Positions 27,401-41,100 of a stretch of DNA of 64,000 nucleotides are shown here, piece after piece. A model generated the notes under the pieces. The model was not told the DNA's origin. It saw only the letters and a list, made by a program, of their open reading frames with translations, and ran no database searches. Source of the stretch: Eledone cirrhosa (lineage: Eukaryota); NCBI GenBank assembly GCA_964016885.1, contig OZ024752.1, positions 17,794,001 through 17,858,000 of the forward strand. The letters run 5' to 3'. A program made the translations under genes and the position numbers. The stretch's first letter is position 1, and each line of letters begins with the position of its first letter.

Positions 27401-29490
27401 TCGTATATGGTCTACAACTCCACCATTCTAACTCCTTATATGGTCTACAACTCCACCATTCTAACTCCGTCTTATATGGTCTACAACTCCACCATTCTAA
27501 CTCCTTCTTATATGGTCTACAACTCTACCATTCTAACTCATTCTTATATGGTCTACAACTCCACCATTCTAATTCCTCCTTATATGGTCTACAACTCCAC
27601 CATTCTAATTCCTTCTCATATGGTGTACAACTCCACCATTCTAACTCCTTCATATGTGGTCTACAACTACACCATTCTAACTCCTTTTTATATGGTGTAC
27701 AACTCCACCATTCTAACTCCTTCTTATATGGTCTACAACTCCACCATTCTAACTCCTTCTTATATGGTCTACAACTCCACCATTCTAACTCCTTCTTATA
27801 TGGTCTACAACTCCCCCATTCTAATTGTTCTTATATGGTCTACAACTCCACCATTCTAACTCCTTCTTATATGGTCTACAACTCCATCATTCTAACTCCT
27901 TCTTATATGGTCTACAACTCTACCATTCTAACTCATTCTTATATGGTCTACAACTCCACCATTCTAACTCCTTTTTATATGGTGTACAACTCCACTATTC
28001 TAATTCCTTCTTATATGGTCTACAACTCCACCATTCTAACTCCTTCATATATGGTCTACAACTCCACCATTCTAACTCCTTCTTATATGGTCTACAACTC
28101 CACCATTCTAATTCCTTCTTATATGGTCTACAACTCCACCATTCTAATTCCTTCTCATATGGTCTACAACTCCACCATTCTAACGCCTTCTTATATGGTC
28201 TACAACTCCACCATTCTAACACCTTCTTATATGGTGTACAACTCCACCATTCTAACTCCTTCTTATATGGTCTACAACTCCACCATTCTAACTCCTTCTT
28301 ATATGGTCTACAACTCCACCATTCTAACTCCTTCTTATATGGTCTACAACTCCACCATTCTAATTCCTTCTTATATGGTCTACAACTCCACCATTCTAAT
28401 TCCTTCTTATATGGTCTACAACTCCACCATTCTAATTCCTTCTTATATGGTCTACAACTCCACCATTCTAACTCCTTCTTATATGGTCTACAACTCCACC
28501 ATTCTAACTCCTTCTTATATGGTCTACAACTGCACCATTCTAACTCCTTCTTATATGGTCTACAACTCCACCATTCTAACTCCTTCTTATATGGTGTACA
28601 ACTCCACCATTCTAACTCCTTCTTATATGGTGTACAACTCCACCATTCTAATTCCTTCTTATATGGTCTACAACTCCACCATTCTAATTCCTTCTTATAT
28701 GGTCTACAACTCCACCATTCTAACTCCTTCTTATATGGTGTACAACTCCACCATTCTAATTCCTTCTTATATGGTCTACAACTCCACCATTCTAACTCCT
28801 TCTTATATGGTCTACAACTCCCCCATTCTAATTCCTTGCTATATGGTCTACAACTACACTATTCTAACTCCTTCTTATATGGTCTACAACTCCACCATTC
28901 TATCTCCTTCTTATATGGTCTACAACTCCACCATGCTAACTCCTTCTTATATGGTCTACAACTCTACCATTCTAACTCATTCTTATATGTTCTACAACTC
29001 CACCATTCTAACTCCTTCTTATATGGTCTACAACTCCACCATTCTAACTCCTTCTTATATGGTCTACAACACCACCATTCTAATTCCTTCTTATATGGTC
29101 TACAACTACACTATTCTAACTCCTTCTTATATGGTCTACAACTCCACCATTCTAATTCCTTCTTATATGGTCTACAACTCCACCATTCTAACTCCTTCAT
29201 ATATGGTCTACAACTCCACCATTCTAACTCCTTCTTATATGGTCTACAACTCCACCATTCTAACTCCTTCTTATATGGTCTACAACTCCACCATTCTATC
29301 TCCTTCTTATATGGTCTACAACTCTACCATTCTAACTCATTCTTATCTGGTCTACAACTCCACCATTCTAACTCCTTCTTATATGGTCTACAACTCCACC
29401 ATTCTAACTCCTTCTTATATGGTGTACAACTCCACCATTCTAACTCCTTCTTATATGGTCTACAACTCCACCATTCTAACTCCTTCTTAT
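18425..29490. repeat. Higher-order duplication, period 6538 bp (182 monomers); offset becomes 6430 after a 3-monomer deletion near 27960
   Basis: aactctttcatat 18453/24991; ORF pairs 18731/25269, 20365/26903, 21287/27825 at +6538; ttgctatatgg 22406/28836 at +6430. Confidence 0.9.
20975..24960. repeat. Nested duplication, period 2087 bp (58 monomers), second copy internally deleted
   Basis: ORF pairs 21287/23374 and 21382/23469; the 35-bp aattgttctt monomer and the tccatcatt variant occur in both; 58x36-1=2087. Confidence 0.88.
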
Positions 29491-32150
29491 ATGGTGTACA
29501 ACTCCACCATTCTAACTCATTCTTATATGGTCTACAACTCCACCATTCTAACTCCTTCTTATATGGTGTACAACTCCACCATTCTAACTCCTTCTTATAT
29601 GGTCTACAACTCCACCATTCTAACTCCTTCTTATATGGTCTACAACTCCACCATTCTAACTCCTTCTTATATGGTCTACAATTCCACCATTCTAATTCCT
29701 TCTTATATGGTCTACAACTCCACCATCTTATCTCCTTCTTATATGGTGTACAACTCCACCATTCTAACTCCTTCTTATATGGTGTACAACTCCACCATTC
29801 TAACGCCTTCTGATATGGTGTACAACTCCACCATTCTAATTCCTTCTTATATGGTCTACAACTCCACCATTCTAACTCCTTCTTATATGGTCTACGACTC
29901 CACTATTCTAATTCCTTCTTATATGGTCTACAACTCCACTATTCTAACTCCTTCTTATATGGTCTACAACTACACCATTCTAATTCCTTCTTATATGGTC
30001 TACAACTCCACCATTCTAATTCCTTCTTATATGGTGTACAACTCCACCATTCTAACTCCTTCTTATATGGTCTACAACTCCACCATTCTAACTCTTTCTT
30101 ATATGGTTTACAACTGCACCATTCTAACTCCTTCTTATATGGTCTACAACTCCACCATTCTAACCCCTTCGTATATGGTCTACAACTCCACCATTCTAAC
30201 TCCTTATATGGTCTACAACTCCACCATTCTAACTCCTTCTTATATGGTCTACAACTCCATCATTCTAACTCCTTCTTATATGGTCTACAACTCTACCATT
30301 CTAACTCATTCTTATATGGTCTACAACTCCACCATTCTAACTCCTTTTTATATGGTGTACAACTCCACTATTCTAATTCCTTCTTATATGGTCTACAACT
30401 CCACCATTCTAACTCCTTCATATATGGTCTACAACTCCACCATTCTAACTCCTTCTTATATGGTCTACAACTCCACCATTCTAATTCCTTCTTATATGGT
30501 CTACAACTCCACCATTCTAATTCCTTCTCATATGGTCTACAACTCCACCATTCTAACGCCTTCTTATATGGTCTACAACTCCACCATTCTAACACCTTCT
30601 TATATGGTGTACAACTCCACCATTCTAACTCCTTCTTATATGGTCTACAACTCCACCATTCTAACTCCTTCTTATATGGTCTACAACTCCACCATTCTAA
30701 CTCCTTCTTATATGGTCTACAACTCCACCATTCTAATTCCTTCTTATATGGTCTACAACTCCACCATTCTAATTCCTTCTTATATGGTCTACAACTCCAC
30801 CATTCTAATTCCTTCTTATATGGTCTACAACTCCACCATTCTAACTCCTTCTTATATGGTCTACAACTCCACCATTCTAACTCCTTCTTATATGGTCTAC
30901 AACTGCACCATTCTAACTCCTTCTTATATGGTCTACAACTCCACCATTCTAACTCCTTCTTATATGGTGTACAACTCCACCATTCTAACTCCTTCTTATA
31001 TGGTGTACAACTCCACCATTCTAATTCCTTCTTATATGGTCTACAACTCCACCATTCTAATTCCTTCTTATATGGTCTACAACTCCACCATTCTAACTCC
31101 TTCTTATATGGTGTACAACTCCACCATTCTAATTCCTTCTTATATGGTCTACAACTCCACCATTCTAACTCCTTCTTATATGGTCTACAACTCCCCCATT
31201 CTAATTCCTTGCTATATGGTCTACAACTACACTATTCTAACTCCTTCTTATATGGTCTACAACTCCACCATTCTATCTCCTTCTTATATGGTCTACAACT
31301 CCACCATGCTAACTCCTTCTTATATGGTCTACAACTCTACCATTCTAACTCATTCTTATATGTTCTACAACTCCACCATTCTAACTCCTTCTTATATGGT
31401 CTACAACTCCACCATTCTAACTCCTTCTTATATGGTCTACAACACCACCATTCTAATTCCTTCTTATATGGTCTACAACTACACTATTCTAACTCCTTCT
31501 TATATGGTCTACAACTCCACCATTCTAATTCCTTCTTATATGGTCTACAACTCCACCATTCTAACTCCTTCATATATGGTCTACAACTCCACCATTCTAA
31601 CTCCTTCTTATATGGTCTACAACTCCACCATTCTAACTCCTTCTTATATGGTCTACAACTCCACCATTCTATCTCCTTCTTATATGGTCTACAACTCTAC
31701 CATTCTAACTCATTCTTATCTGGTCTACAACTCCACCATTCTAACTCCTTCTTATATGGTCTACAACTCCACCATTCTAACTCCTTCTTATATGGTGTAC
31801 AACTCCACCATTCTAACTCCTTCTTATATGGTCTACAACTCCACCATTCTAACTCCTTCTTATATGGTGTACAACTCCACCATTCTAACTCATTCTTATA
31901 TGGTCTACAACTCCACCATTCTAACTCCTTCTTATATGGTGTACAACTCCACCATTCTAACTCCTTCTTATATGGTCTACAACTCCACCATTCTAACTCC
32001 TTCTTATATGGTCTACAACTCCACCATTCTAACTCCTTCTTATATGGTCTACAATTCCACCATTCTAATTCCTTCTTATATGGTCTACAACTCCACCATC
32101 TTATCTCCTTCTTATATGGTGTACAACTCCACCATTCTAACTCCTTCTTA
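27835..32150. repeat. Tandem duplication, period 2373 bp (66 monomers)
   Basis: Identical minus-strand ORFs 27995..28222 and 30368..30595; shared variants tccactatt 27991/30364, cttctcatatggtc 28151/30524, ttgctat 28836/31209; 66x36-3=2373. Confidence 0.9.
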
Positions 32151-35100
32151 TATGGTGTACAACTCCACCATTCTAATTCCTTCTTATATGGTCTACAACT
32201 CCACCATTCTAACTCCTTCTTATATGGTCTACGACTCCACTATTCTAATTCCTTCTTATATGGTCTACAACTCCACTATTCTAACTCCTTCTTATATGGT
32301 CTACAACTCCACCATTCTAACTCCTTCTTATATGGTCTACAACTCCACCATTCTAACTCTTTCTTATATGGTTTACAACTGCACCATTCTAACTCCTTCT
32401 TATATGGTCTACAACTCCACCATTCTAACCCCTTCGTATATGGTCTACAACTCCACCATTCTAACTCCTTATATGGTCTACAACTCCACCATTCTAACTC
32501 CGTCTTATATGGTGTACAACTCCACCATTCTAATTCCTTCTTATATGGTCTACAACACCACCATTCTAATTCCTTCTTATATGGTCTACAACTCCACCAT
32601 TCTAACTCCTTCATATATGGTCTACAACTCCACCATTCTAACTCCTTCTTATATGGTCTACAACACCACCATTCTAACTCTTCTTATATGGTCTACAACT
32701 CCACCATTCTAACTCCTTCTTATATGGTCTACAACTCCACCATTCTAACTCATTCTTATATGGTCTACAACTCCACCATTCTAACTCCTTCTTATATGGT
32801 CTACAACTCCACCATTCTAACTCCTTCTTATATGGTCTACAACTCCACCATTCTAACTCCTTCTTATATAGTGTACAACTCCACCATTCTAACTCCTTCT
32901 TATATGGTGTACATCTTCACCATTCTAACTCCTTCATATATGGTCTACAACTCCACCATTCTAACTCCTTCTTATATGGTCTACAACTCCACCATTCTAA
33001 CTCTTTCTTATATGCTGTACAACTCCACCATTCTAACTCTTTCTTATATGGTCTACAACTCCACCATTCTAACTCATTCTTATATGGTCTACAACTCCAC
33101 CATTCTAACTCCTTCTTATATGGTCTACAACTCCACCATTCTAACTCCTTCTTATATGGTCTACAACTCCACCATTCTAATTCCTTCTTGTATGGTGTAC
33201 AACTCCACCATACTAACTCCTTCATATATGGTCTACAACTCCACCATTCTAACTCCTTCTTATATGGTGTACAACTCCACCATTCTAATTGCTTCTTATA
33301 TGGTCTACAACTCCACCATTCTAACTCTTTCTTATATGGTCTACAACTCCACCATTCTAATTGCTTCTTATATGGTCTACAACTCCACCATTCTAACTCT
33401 TTCTTATATGGTCTACAACTCCACCATTCTAACTCCTTCTTATATGGTCTACAACTCCACCATTCTAACTCCTTCTTATATAGTGTACAACTCCACCATT
33501 CTAACTCCTTATATTGTGTACAACTCCACCATTCTAACTCCTTCTTATATGGTCTACAACTCCACAATTCTAACTCCTTCTTATATGGTCTACAACTCCA
33601 CCATTCTAATTCCTTCTTATATGGTCTACAACTCCACCATTCTAATTCCTTCTTATATGGTGTACAACTCCACCATTCTAACTCCTTCATATATGGTCTA
33701 CAACTCCACCATTCTAACTCCTTCTTATATGGTGTACAACTCCACCATTCTAATTCCTTCTTATATGGTTTACAACTCCACCATTCTAACTCTTTCTTAT
33801 ATGGTCTACAACTCCACCATTCTAACTCCTTCTTATATGGTCTACAACTCCACCATTCTAACTCCTTCGTATATGGTCTACAACTCCACGATTCTAACTC
33901 CTTATATGGTCTACAACTCCACCATTCTAACTCCATCTTATATGGTGTACAACTCCACCATTCTAATTCCTTCTTATATGGTCTACAACTCCACCATTCT
34001 AATTCCTTCTTATATGGTCTACAACTCCACCATTCTAACTCCTTCATATATGGTCTACAACTCCACCATTCTAACTCCTTCTTATATGGTCTACAACTCC
34101 ACCATTCTAACTCTTTCTTATATGGTGTACAACTCCACCATTCTAAATCTTTCTTATATGGTCTACAACTCCACCATTCTAACTCATTCTTATATGGTCT
34201 ACAACTCCACCATTCTAACTCCTTCTTATATGGTCTACAACTCCACCATTCTAACTCCTTCTTATATGGTCTACAACTCCCCCATTCTAATTCCTTCTTA
34301 TATGGTGTACAACTCCACCATTCTAACTCCTTCATATATGGTCTACAACTCCACCATTCTAACTCCTTCTTATATGGTGTACAACTCCACCATTCTAATT
34401 CCTTCTTATATGGTCTACAACTCCACCATTCTAACTCTTTCTTATATGGTCTACAACTCCACCATTCTAACTCCTTCTTATATGGTCTACAACTCCACCA
34501 TTCTAACTCCTTATATGGTCTACAACTCCACCATTCTAACTCCGTCTTATATGGTGTACAACTCCACCATTCTAATTCCTTCTTATATGGTCTACAACTC
34601 CACCATTCTAACTCCTTCATATATGGTCTACAACTCCACCATTCTAACTCCTTCTTATATGGTCTACAACTCCACCATTCTAACTCTTTCTTATATGGTG
34701 TACAACTCCACCATTCTAACTCTTTCTTATATGGTCTACAACTCCACCATTCTAACTCATTCTTATATGGTCTACAACTCCACCATTCTAACTCCTTCTT
34801 ATATGGTGTACAACTCCACCATTCTAACTCCTTCTTATATGGTCTACAACTCCACCATTCTAACTCCTTCTTATATGTTCTACAACTCAACCATTCTAAC
34901 TCCTTCTTATATGGTCTACAACTCCACCATTCTAATTCCTTCTTATATGGTCTACAACTCCACCATTCTAACTCTTTCTTATATGGTGTACAACTCCACC
35001 ATTCTAACTCTTTCTTATATGGTCTACAACTCCACCATTCTAACTCATTCTTATATGGTCTACAACTCCACCATTCTAACTCCTTCTTATATGGTCTACA

Positions 35101-38100
35101 ACTCCACCATACTAACTCCTTCATATATGGTCTACAACTCCACCATTCTAACTCCTTCTTATATGGTGTACAACTCCATCATTCTAATTGCTTCTTATAT
35201 GGTCTACAACTCCACCATTCTAACTCTTTCTTATATGGTCTACAACTCCACCATTCTAACTCCTTCTTATATGGTCTACAACTCCACCATTCTAACTCCT
35301 TCGTATATGGTCTACAACTCCACCATTCTAACTCCTTATATGGTCTACAACTCCACCATTCTAACTCCGTCTTATATGGTGTACAACTCCACCATTCTAA
35401 TTCCTTCTTATATGGTCTACAACACCACCATTCTAATTCCTTCTTATATGGTCTACAACTCCACCATTCTAACTCCTTCATATATGGTCTACAACTCCAC
35501 CATTCTAACTCCTTCTTATATGGTCTACAACTCCACCATTCTAACTCTTCTTATATGGTGTACAACTCCACCATTCTAACTCCTTCTTATATGGTCTACA
35601 ACTCCACCATTCTAACTCATTCTTATATGGTGTACAACTCCACCATTCTAATTGCTTCTTATATGGTCTACAACTCCACCATTCTAACTCTTTCTTATAT
35701 GGTCTACAACTCCACCATTCTAACTCCTTCTTATATGGTCTACAACTCCACCATTCTAACTCCTTCTTATATAGTGTACAACTCCACCATTCTAACTCCT
35801 TCTTATATGGTCTACAACTCCACCATTCTAACTCCTTCTTATATGGTCTACAACTCCACCATTCTAACTCCTTCTTATATGGTCTACAACTCCACCATTC
35901 TAACTCTTCTTATATGGTGTACAACTCCACCATTCTAACTCCTTCTTATATGGTGTACAACTCCACCATTCTAACTCATTCTTATATGGTCTACAACTCC
36001 ACCATTCTAACTCCTTCTTATATGGTCTACAACTCCACCATTCTAACTCCTTCTTATATGGTCTACAACTCCACCATTCTAACTCCTTCTTATATAGTGT
36101 ACAACTCCACCATTCTAACTCCTTCTTATATGGTGTACAACTCCACCATTCTAACTCCTTCTTATATGGTGTACAACACCGCCATTCTAATTGCTTCTTA
36201 TATGGTCTACAACTCGAACATTCTAACTCTTTCTTATATGGTCTACAACTCCACCATTCTAACTCCTTCTTATATGGTCTACAACTCCACCATTCTAACT
36301 CCTTCGTATATGGTCTACAACTCCACCATTCTAACTCCTTATATGGTCTACAACTCCACCATTCTAACTCCGTCTTATATGGTGTACAACTCCACCATTC
36401 TAATTCCTTCTTATATGGTCTACAACTCCACCATTCTAACTCCTTCATATATGGTCTACAACTCCACCATTCTAACTCCTTCTAATATGGTCTACAACTC
36501 CACCATTCTAACTCTTTCTTATATGGTGTACAACTCCACCATTCTAACTCTTTCTTATATGGTCTACAACTCCACCATTCTAACTCATTCTTATATGGTC
36601 TACAACTCCACCATTCTAACTCCTTCTTATATGGTGTACAACTCCACCATTCTAACTCCTTCTTATATGGTCTACAACTCCACCATTCTAACTCCTTCTT
36701 ATATGTTCTACAACTCAACCATTCTAACTCCTTCTTATATGGTCTACAACTCCACCATTCTAATTCCTTCTTATATGGTCTACAACTCCACCATTCTAAC
36801 TCTTTCTTATATGGTGTCCAACTCCACCATTCTAACTCTTTCTTATATGGTCTACAACTCCACCATTCTAACTCATTCTTATATGGTCTACAACTCCACC
36901 ATTCTAACTCCTTCTTATATGGTCTACAACATCACCATACTAACTCCTTCATATATGGTCTACAACTCCACCATTCTAACTCCTTCTTATATGGTGTACA
37001 ACTCCACCATTCTAATTGCTTCTTATATGGTCTACAACTCCACCATTCTAACTCTTTCTTATATGGTCTACAACTCCACCATTCTAACTCCTTCTTATAT
37101 GGTCTACAACTCCACCATTCTAACTCCTTCGTATATGGTCTACAACTCCACCATTCTAACTCCTTATATGGTCTACAACTCCACCATTCTAACTCCGTCT
37201 TATATGGTGTACAACTCCACCATTCTAATTCCTTCTCATATGGTCTACAACACCACCATTCTAATTCCTTCTTATATGGTCTACAACTCCACCATTCTAA
37301 CTCCTTCATATATGGTCTACAACTCCACCATTCTAACTCCTTCTTATATGGTCTACAACTCCACCATTCTAACTCTTATTATATGGTGTACAACTCCACC
37401 ATTCTAACTCCTTCTTATATGGTCTACAACTCCACCATTCTAACTCATTCTTATATGGTGTACAACTCCACCATTCTAATTGCTTCTTATATGGTCTACA
37501 ACTCCACCATTCTAACTCTTTCTTATATGGTCTACAACTCCACCATTCTAACTCCTTCTTATATGGTCTACAACTCCACCATTCTAACTCCTTCTTATAT
37601 AGTGTACAACTCCACCATTCTAACTCCTTCTTATATGGTCTACAACTCCACCATTCTAATTCCTTCTTATATGGTGTACAACTCCACCATTCTAACTCCT
37701 TCATATATGGTCTACAACTCCACCATTCTAACTCCTTCTTATATGGTGTACAACTCCACCATTCTAATTGCTTCTTATATGGTCTACAACTCCACCATTC
37801 TAACTCTTTCTTATATGGTCTACAACTCCACCATTCTAACTCCTTCTTATATGGTCTACAACTCCACCATTCTAACTCCTTCGTATATGGTCTACAACTC
37901 CACCATTCTAACTCCTTATATGTTCTACAACTCCACCATTCTAACTCCGTCTTATATGGTGTACAACTCCACCATTCTAATTCCTTCTTATATGGTCTAA
38001 AACACCACCATTCTAATTCCTTCTTATATGGTCTACAACTCCACCATTCTAACTCCTTCATATATGGTCTACAACTCCACCATTCTAACTCCTTCTTATA

Positions 38101-41100
38101 TGGTCTACAACTCCACCATTCTAACTCTTCTTATATGGTGTACAACTCCACCATTCTAAATCCTTCTTATATGGTCTACAACTCCACCATTCTAACTCAT
38201 TCTTATATGGTCTACAACTCCACCATTCTAACTCCTTCTTATATGGTCTACAACTCCACCATTCTAACTCCTTCTTATATGGTCTACAACTCCACCATTC
38301 TAACTCCTTCTTATATAGTGTACAACTCCACCATTCTAACTCCTTCTTATATGGTCTACAACTCCACCATTCTAATTCCTTCTTATATGGTCTACTACTC
38401 CACCATTCTAATTCCTTCTTATATGGTGTACAACTCCACCATTCTAACTCCTTCGTATATGGTCTACAACTGCACCATTATAACTCCTTCTTATATGGTG
38501 TACAACTCCACCATTCTAATTGCTTCTTATATGGTCTACAACTCGACCATTCTAACTCTTTCTTATATGGTCTACAACTCCACCATTCTAACTCCTTCTT
38601 ATATGGTCTACAACTCCACCATTCTAACTCCTTCGTATATGGTCTACAACTCCACCATTCTAACTCCTTATATGGTCTACAACTCCACCATTCTAACTCC
38701 GTCTTATATGGTGTACAACTCCACCATTCTAATTCCTTCTTATATGGTCTACAACTCCACCATTCTAACTCCTTCATATATGGTCTACAACTCCACCATT
38801 CTAACTCCTTCTTATATGGTCTACAACTCCACCATTCTAACTCTTTCTTATATGGTGTACAACTCCACCATTCTAACTCTTTCTTATATGGTCTACAACT
38901 CCACCATTCTAACTCATTCTTATATGGTCTACAACTCCACCATTCTAACTCCTTCTTATATGGTGTACAACTCCACCATTCTAACTCCTTCTTATATGGT
39001 CTACAACTCCACCATTCTAACTCCTTCTTATATGTTCTACAACTCAACCATTCTAACTCCTTCTTATATGGTCTACAACTCCACCATTCTAATTCCTTCT
39101 TATATGGTCTACAACTCCACCATTCTAACTCCTTCTTATATGGTGTACAACTCCACCATTCTAATTCCTTCTTATATGGTCTACAACTCCACCATTCTAA
39201 CTCCTTCTTATATGGTGTACAACTCCACCATTCTAATTCCTTCTTATATGGTCTACAACTCCACCATTCTAACTCCTTCTTATATGGTGTACAACTCCAC
39301 CATTCTAATTCCTTCTTATATGGTCTACAACTCCACTATTCTAACTCCTTCTTATATGGTCTACAACTCCACCATTCTAATCCCTTCTTATATGGTGTGC
39401 AACTCCACCATTCTAATTCCTTCTTATATGGTCTACAACTCCACCATTCTAACTCCTTCTTATATGTTCTACAACTCCACAATTCTAACTCCTTCTTATA
39501 TGGTCTACAACTCCACCATTCTAATTCCTTCTTATATGGTCTACAACTCCACCATTCTAACTCCTTCATATATGGTCTACAACTCCACCATTCTAACTCC
39601 TTCGTATATGGTCTACAACTCCACCATTCTAACTCCTTATATGGTCTACAACTCCACCATTCTAACTCCGTCTTATATGGTGTACAACTCCACCATTCTA
39701 ATTCCTTCTTATATGGTCTACAACTCCACCATTCTAACTCCTTCATATATGGTCTACAACTCCACCATTCTAACTCCTTCTTATATGGTCTACAACTCCT
39801 CCATTCTAACTCTTTCTTATATGGTGTACAACTCCACAATTCTAACTCTTTCTTATATGGTCTACAACTCCACCATTCTAACTCATTCTTATATGGTCTA
39901 CAACTCCACCATTCTAACTCCTTCTTATATGGTCTACAACTCCACCATTCTAACTCCTTCTTATATGGTGTACAACTCCACCATTCTAACTCCTTCTTAT
40001 ATGGTCTACAACTCCACCATTCTAAATCCTTCTTATATGGTCTACAACTCCACCATTCTAACTCCTTCTTATATGGTCTACAACTCCACCATTCTAATTC
40101 CTTCTTATATGGTCTACAACTCCACCATTCTAACTCCTTCTTATATGGTGTACAACTCCACCATTCTAATTCCTTCTTATATGGTCTACAACTCCACCAT
40201 TCTAACTCTTTCTTATATGGTCTACAACTCCACCATTCTAACTCCTTCGTATATCGTCTACAACTCCACCATTCTAACACCTTATATGGTCTACAACTCC
40301 ACCATTCTAACTCCTTCTTATATGGTCTACAACTCCACCATTCTAATTCCTTCTTATATGGTGTACAACTCCACCATTCTAACTCCGTCTTATATGGTGT
40401 ACAACTCCACCATTCTAATTCCTTCTTATATGGTCTACAACTCCACCATTCTAATTCCTTCTTATATGGTCTACAACTCCACCATTCTAACTCCTTCATA
40501 TATGGTCTACAACTCCACCATTCTAACTCCTTCTTATATGGTCTACAACTCCACCATTCTAACTCCTTCTTATATGGTCTACAACTCCACCATTCTAATT
40601 CCTTCTTATATGGTGTACAACTCCACCATTCTAACTCCTTCATATATAGTCTACAACTCCACCATTCTAACTCCTTCTTATATGGTGTACAACTCCACCA
40701 TTCTAATTGCTTCTTATATGGTCTACAACTCCACCATTCTAACTCTTTCTTATATGGTCTACAACTCCACCATTCTAACTCCTTCTTATATGGTCTACAA
40801 CTCCACCATTCCAACTCCTTCGTATATGGTCTACAACTCCACCATTCTAACTCCTTATATGGTCTACAACTCCACCATTCTAACTCCGTCTTATATGGTG
40901 TACAACTCCACCATTCTAATTCCTTCTTATATGGTCTAAAACACCACCACTCTAATTCCTTCTTATATGGTCTACAACTCCACCATTCTAACTCCTTCAT
41001 ATATGGTCTACAACTCCACCATTCTAACTCCTTCTTATATGGTCTACAACTCCACCATTCTAACTCTTCTTATATGGTGTACAACTCCACCATTCTAACT

